The notes under the pieces: generated by a model
The model's input: only the letters and a program-made list of their open reading frames with translations
Told to the model about the DNA's origin: nothing
Databases searched by the model: none
From: an uncultured Ectothiorhodospiraceae bacterium
GTDB taxonomy: Bacteria; Bacteroidota; Ignavibacteria; SZUA-365; GCA-2699105
Assembly: GCA_964408855.1 (NCBI GenBank)
Contig: CAYPBB010000017.1
Coordinates: forward strand, 2,148 to 66,147
Direction of reading: 5' to 3'
Length of the DNA stretch: 64,000 nt
Part shown: one piece after another, positions 61,766 through 64,000 of the stretch
Numbering within the stretch: the first letter of the stretch is position 1
Layout: the number at the start of each line of letters is the position of its first letter
Translations under genes and position numbers: made by a program

Positions 61766-62290
61766 ATGAGTTGTTCAGTAACACTCGAACCGTCGGTTAT
61801 TACTGCAATCGTCAATGATTATTCACAACTTGGGACTGAAGTGCCGGGGCTTGAACCCGATCCGAATCCCGAAGTAGCTCAAGAGTGTGGGACTGATGCA
61901 TCGATCTGGAACAGCGAAGGGATTGCGACCATCAATATGGGAGTAACACTATTACAATCTACCCCCGATTACCAGTGCGGCGGAGATCCGTATCAGGAAC
62001 CGAATGCAAACGCGGCAAGCACAACATACAAGTTTCCGCAATATTTGGGTTGGAAAGTGACGGTGGGAACAACCCTCGTGGTGGTTTACGTCGTTCGTGA
62101 AGCGCATAACATTTACTTCTTGCGCCGCGGCGGCGGTGAAGGTCAGGTCGAACCGCAGCCCGGAAGCGCCGGTGCCAGCACAATCCCCGAAACCGAATGT
62201 TTCAGAAATCCGCCAGCCTCGCCAAAGCAGGTACGGCGTCCGGCAGATACATCCAAGAATATCAAAGGGAAAACGTTCCCGATTCCATAA
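61766..62290 (+). CDS. Hypothetical protein (174 aa)
   Basis: Strong SD 'AGGAGGAGATTATG'. No recognisable domain. Confidence 0.4.
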   Translation: MSCSVTLEPSVITAIVNDYSQLGTEVPGLEPDPNPEVAQECGTDASIWNSEGIATINMGVTLLQSTPDYQCGGDPYQEPNANAASTTYKFPQYLGWKVTVGTTLVVVYVVREAHNIYFLRRGGGEGQVEPQPGSAGASTIPETECFRNPPASPKQVRRPADTSKNIKGKTFPIP

Positions 62291-62292
62291 CA

Positions 62293-64000
62293 ATGAAACG
62301 CACTAAATTTCAATATGGGATATACTGCTTCCTTGCTCTGTTTGCCTGCATTATAGAAACGGGCGCAGGGCAGGGAAGCAATTTTAATAAAACATTCGTT
62401 GATAACCTGAAGAATAACAGGGACGAAGCGGCACTGCGTCAGTACTCGGAGAACAAGCCAGATGCCGTAGCCGCTGTCGTGGCTGATCCGGCTAACCGGT
62501 TCCTTCTTATTTACCTTATCCAAACGACGCACGACAGAATGCAGATGGCCGAGTTATACAAGCTCCTACACGCAAGTAGCGCATCCGACAAGTATATCCA
62601 ATCCGATCTCGCATATATAGAAGCATTGCAGGAACTTAGGACTGTTCAATCAGGGGATTCAGAAAAAAGACTTACATCGGCATTATCCGTGTACGATAGC
62701 ATACACACACTCCTTCAGTATGCTGCCGCTACTGAGTTGTTAGCCGGAGCATATCTCATGTCCGACAAATACGAACGAAGTCTGTCGACGTACTTATCCG
62801 CCGAACGACTCTTTACAAAACTTGGACTTCATGAGAATGCAAATAACATAAGAATTAACCATGCCCATGTTCTGCTCGAGGCGGGAAACCACGCTGACGG
62901 GATCTATGAGCTCATCCGCGCATTGAAGGAAGCGATCGCCAACAATAGAGAGTATTGTATTTTGTCCGGCTATAGCGCGCTTGCGATTGCATACGAAAAT
63001 ATAGGACGCTACGACCTTGTACTTCCTATCGCACATATCTCGCTGGAAATGGCTCGTAAAAAGAACAATCTTGTACTTCAATATAACGCACTTACATCAC
63101 TCTCTACATGCTACGTTAAATCTTATAGAGACACAACAAACGCTATTGCCTATCTCGACACGGCCCTCGCGATTGTCAAAAAGTTGAATATCCCTGCTTA
63201 TTATAACGACATATATAAAGAATACGCGCGGTACAACATCAATTACGGCGATCTCGAAGCCGCCGATGACTATATCGAAAAGCTTGAGCGCAACAATTTC
63301 GACCGGACGGAATTGCTGACGCTTAAATCGGACCGGGCATGGTACGCCGATAAGTACGCCGATGCGTATAAATACGACACGCAGATCCTTGAATTGCTGC
63401 GGCAGCAGGGCGAAACCGAAAAACTGATGAAGAAATATGACAATATCGGCGTGTATCTAATCGACAACAAAAAATACAAAGAAAGCGTACCATATTTCCG
63501 GAAATCACTCTCGCTTCTGGAGGAACAGCTTAACAAGCTCGATTTCGGTCCCTCCTACAAGCGGCCGCTCCTGAAAAACGAGCAGCAATATAACTCCCTC
63601 GCCGGCGCGTTTCTCGAACTCGGGATGCCCGATTCGGCCTACTATTACGCCGAACGCGGGAAGGGAAAAACAGCCCTCGACCAGATTGCCGGCAATTATT
63701 TCGGAAAGTCCTCGTTCGTTGCAGGAGAACTGCGCGAACGTTATTCCGCTATCGAGGATTCCATAGGATTGCTTGAGGATAAACTTTACGGTACTCCGTC
63801 GGGTCATTCCTTGCAATTCACAACGGCTATCGAGCAATTGAACATCAGGAAACGGCGGCTGCAGGACGAGATTCTCCGCAATACGCCGATGCTCGAAACA
63901 ATAAAGAATCCGCCGGTCGTGTCTCCGGGCGAAGTGCGAAGCCGCCATCTGGGACCGGACGATCTGCTGGTATCGTTCTCCGTCGCAGACGATAAAGTGA
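62293..64000 (+). CDS. TPR-repeat protein with onset of a CHAT (caspase-like protease) domain, 3'-truncated at window end. Not present in the supplied ORF track because it has no stop in-window
   Basis: ATG at 62293 and an open frame for 569 codons to nt 64000. Signal-like N-terminus. TPR-like repeats. Terminal '...RHLGPDDLLVSFSVADDKV' resembles the conserved entry to CHAT domains. GC is noticeably lower than the rest of the window. Confidence 0.5.
   Translation, partial: MKRTKFQYGIYCFLALFACIIETGAGQGSNFNKTFVDNLKNNRDEAALRQYSENKPDAVAAVVADPANRFLLIYLIQTTHDRMQMAELYKLLHASSASDKYIQSDLAYIEALQELRTVQSGDSEKRLTSALSVYDSIHTLLQYAAATELLAGAYLMSDKYERSLSTYLSAERLFTKLGLHENANNIRINHAHVLLEAGNHADGIYELIRALKEAIANNREYCILSGYSALAIAYENIGRYDLVLPIAHISLEMARKKNNLVLQYNALTSLSTCYVKSYRDTTNAIAYLDTALAIVKKLNIPAYYNDIYKEYARYNINYGDLEAADDYIEKLERNNFDRTELLTLKSDRAWYADKYADAYKYDTQILELLRQQGETEKLMKKYDNIGVYLIDNKKYKESVPYFRKSLSLLEEQLNKLDFGPSYKRPLLKNEQQYNSLAGAFLELGMPDSAYYYAERGKGKTALDQIAGNYFGKSSFVAGELRERYSAIEDSIGLLEDKLYGTPSGHSLQFTTAIEQLNIRKRRLQDEILRNTPMLETIKNPPVVSPGEVRSRHLGPDDLLVSFSVADDKV

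Noticed and set aside
62794-63948. Three minus-strand ORFs (95, 88 and 147 aa)
   Set aside because: Antisense to the long open plus-strand frame (62293 to end) that encodes a coherent TPR-CHAT protein.

Overview
This is a GC-rich window (roughly 55-60% by eye) of a bacterial chromosome, with densely packed genes on both strands. Several features point to a Gram-negative member of the FCB group (Bacteroidota/Chlorobiota/Ignavibacteriota-like). There is a GWxTD-domain protein. The ATP synthase operon is split: atpZ-I-B-E-F-H-A-G is present, while atpD and atpC are absent. hprK sits next to hpf, and there are TonB/ExbBD genes and a TonB-dependent receptor.

Genes are listed in order. Where the text says a gene is 'upstream', this is not always the left-to-right order.

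- 1-9.3 kb: the 3' part of NADP-malic enzyme (maeB), two tandem Yip1 membrane proteins, an enoyl-CoA hydratase and MlaD. Then comes a peptide ABC importer made of a substrate-binding protein and two permeases, with no ATPase gene.
- 9.4-17.2 kb: hprK, hpf, xerC/D and topA. The Smg-family gene (14.1-14.6 kb), ybeY and a hypothetical gene lie upstream of topA on the minus strand. gltX follows.
- 17.2-23.3 kb: a GT2 glycosyltransferase, a DUF2064-like protein, nadD and an LCP-family protein. Then pgpA, pgsA and cspA.
- 23.6-32.8 kb: an ABC-2 permease/ATPase pair and an MsbA-like ABC exporter. Next is an envelope-lipid cluster: a GT4 glycosyltransferase, an epimerase-family reductase, a serine-palmitoyltransferase/Kbl-like enzyme and a GNAT-like N-acyltransferase. 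A DUF1801 protein follows.
- 32.8-37.6 kb: an ~800-bp region without ORFs that carries internal repeats, then kdsB, rimO and the GWxTD protein.
- 37.6-46.3 kb: the F-type ATP synthase atpZ-I-B-E-F-H-A-G operon, then a MoxR-like AAA+/VWA pair.
- 46.5-54.4 kb: a 1019-aa TPR protein, an outer-membrane barrel protein, two HU-like proteins and ExbB-ExbD-TonB.
- 54.5-60 kb: a WbaP-like priming transferase, a TonB-dependent receptor and a methyltransferase.
- 60-64 kb: an ECF sigma factor, a membrane protein and a hypothetical protein. Last is a lower-GC gene for a TPR-CHAT protein that runs off the window end.

No tRNA genes, rRNA genes or CRISPR arrays were seen. Many long antisense ORFs in the six-frame track are high-GC artefacts.
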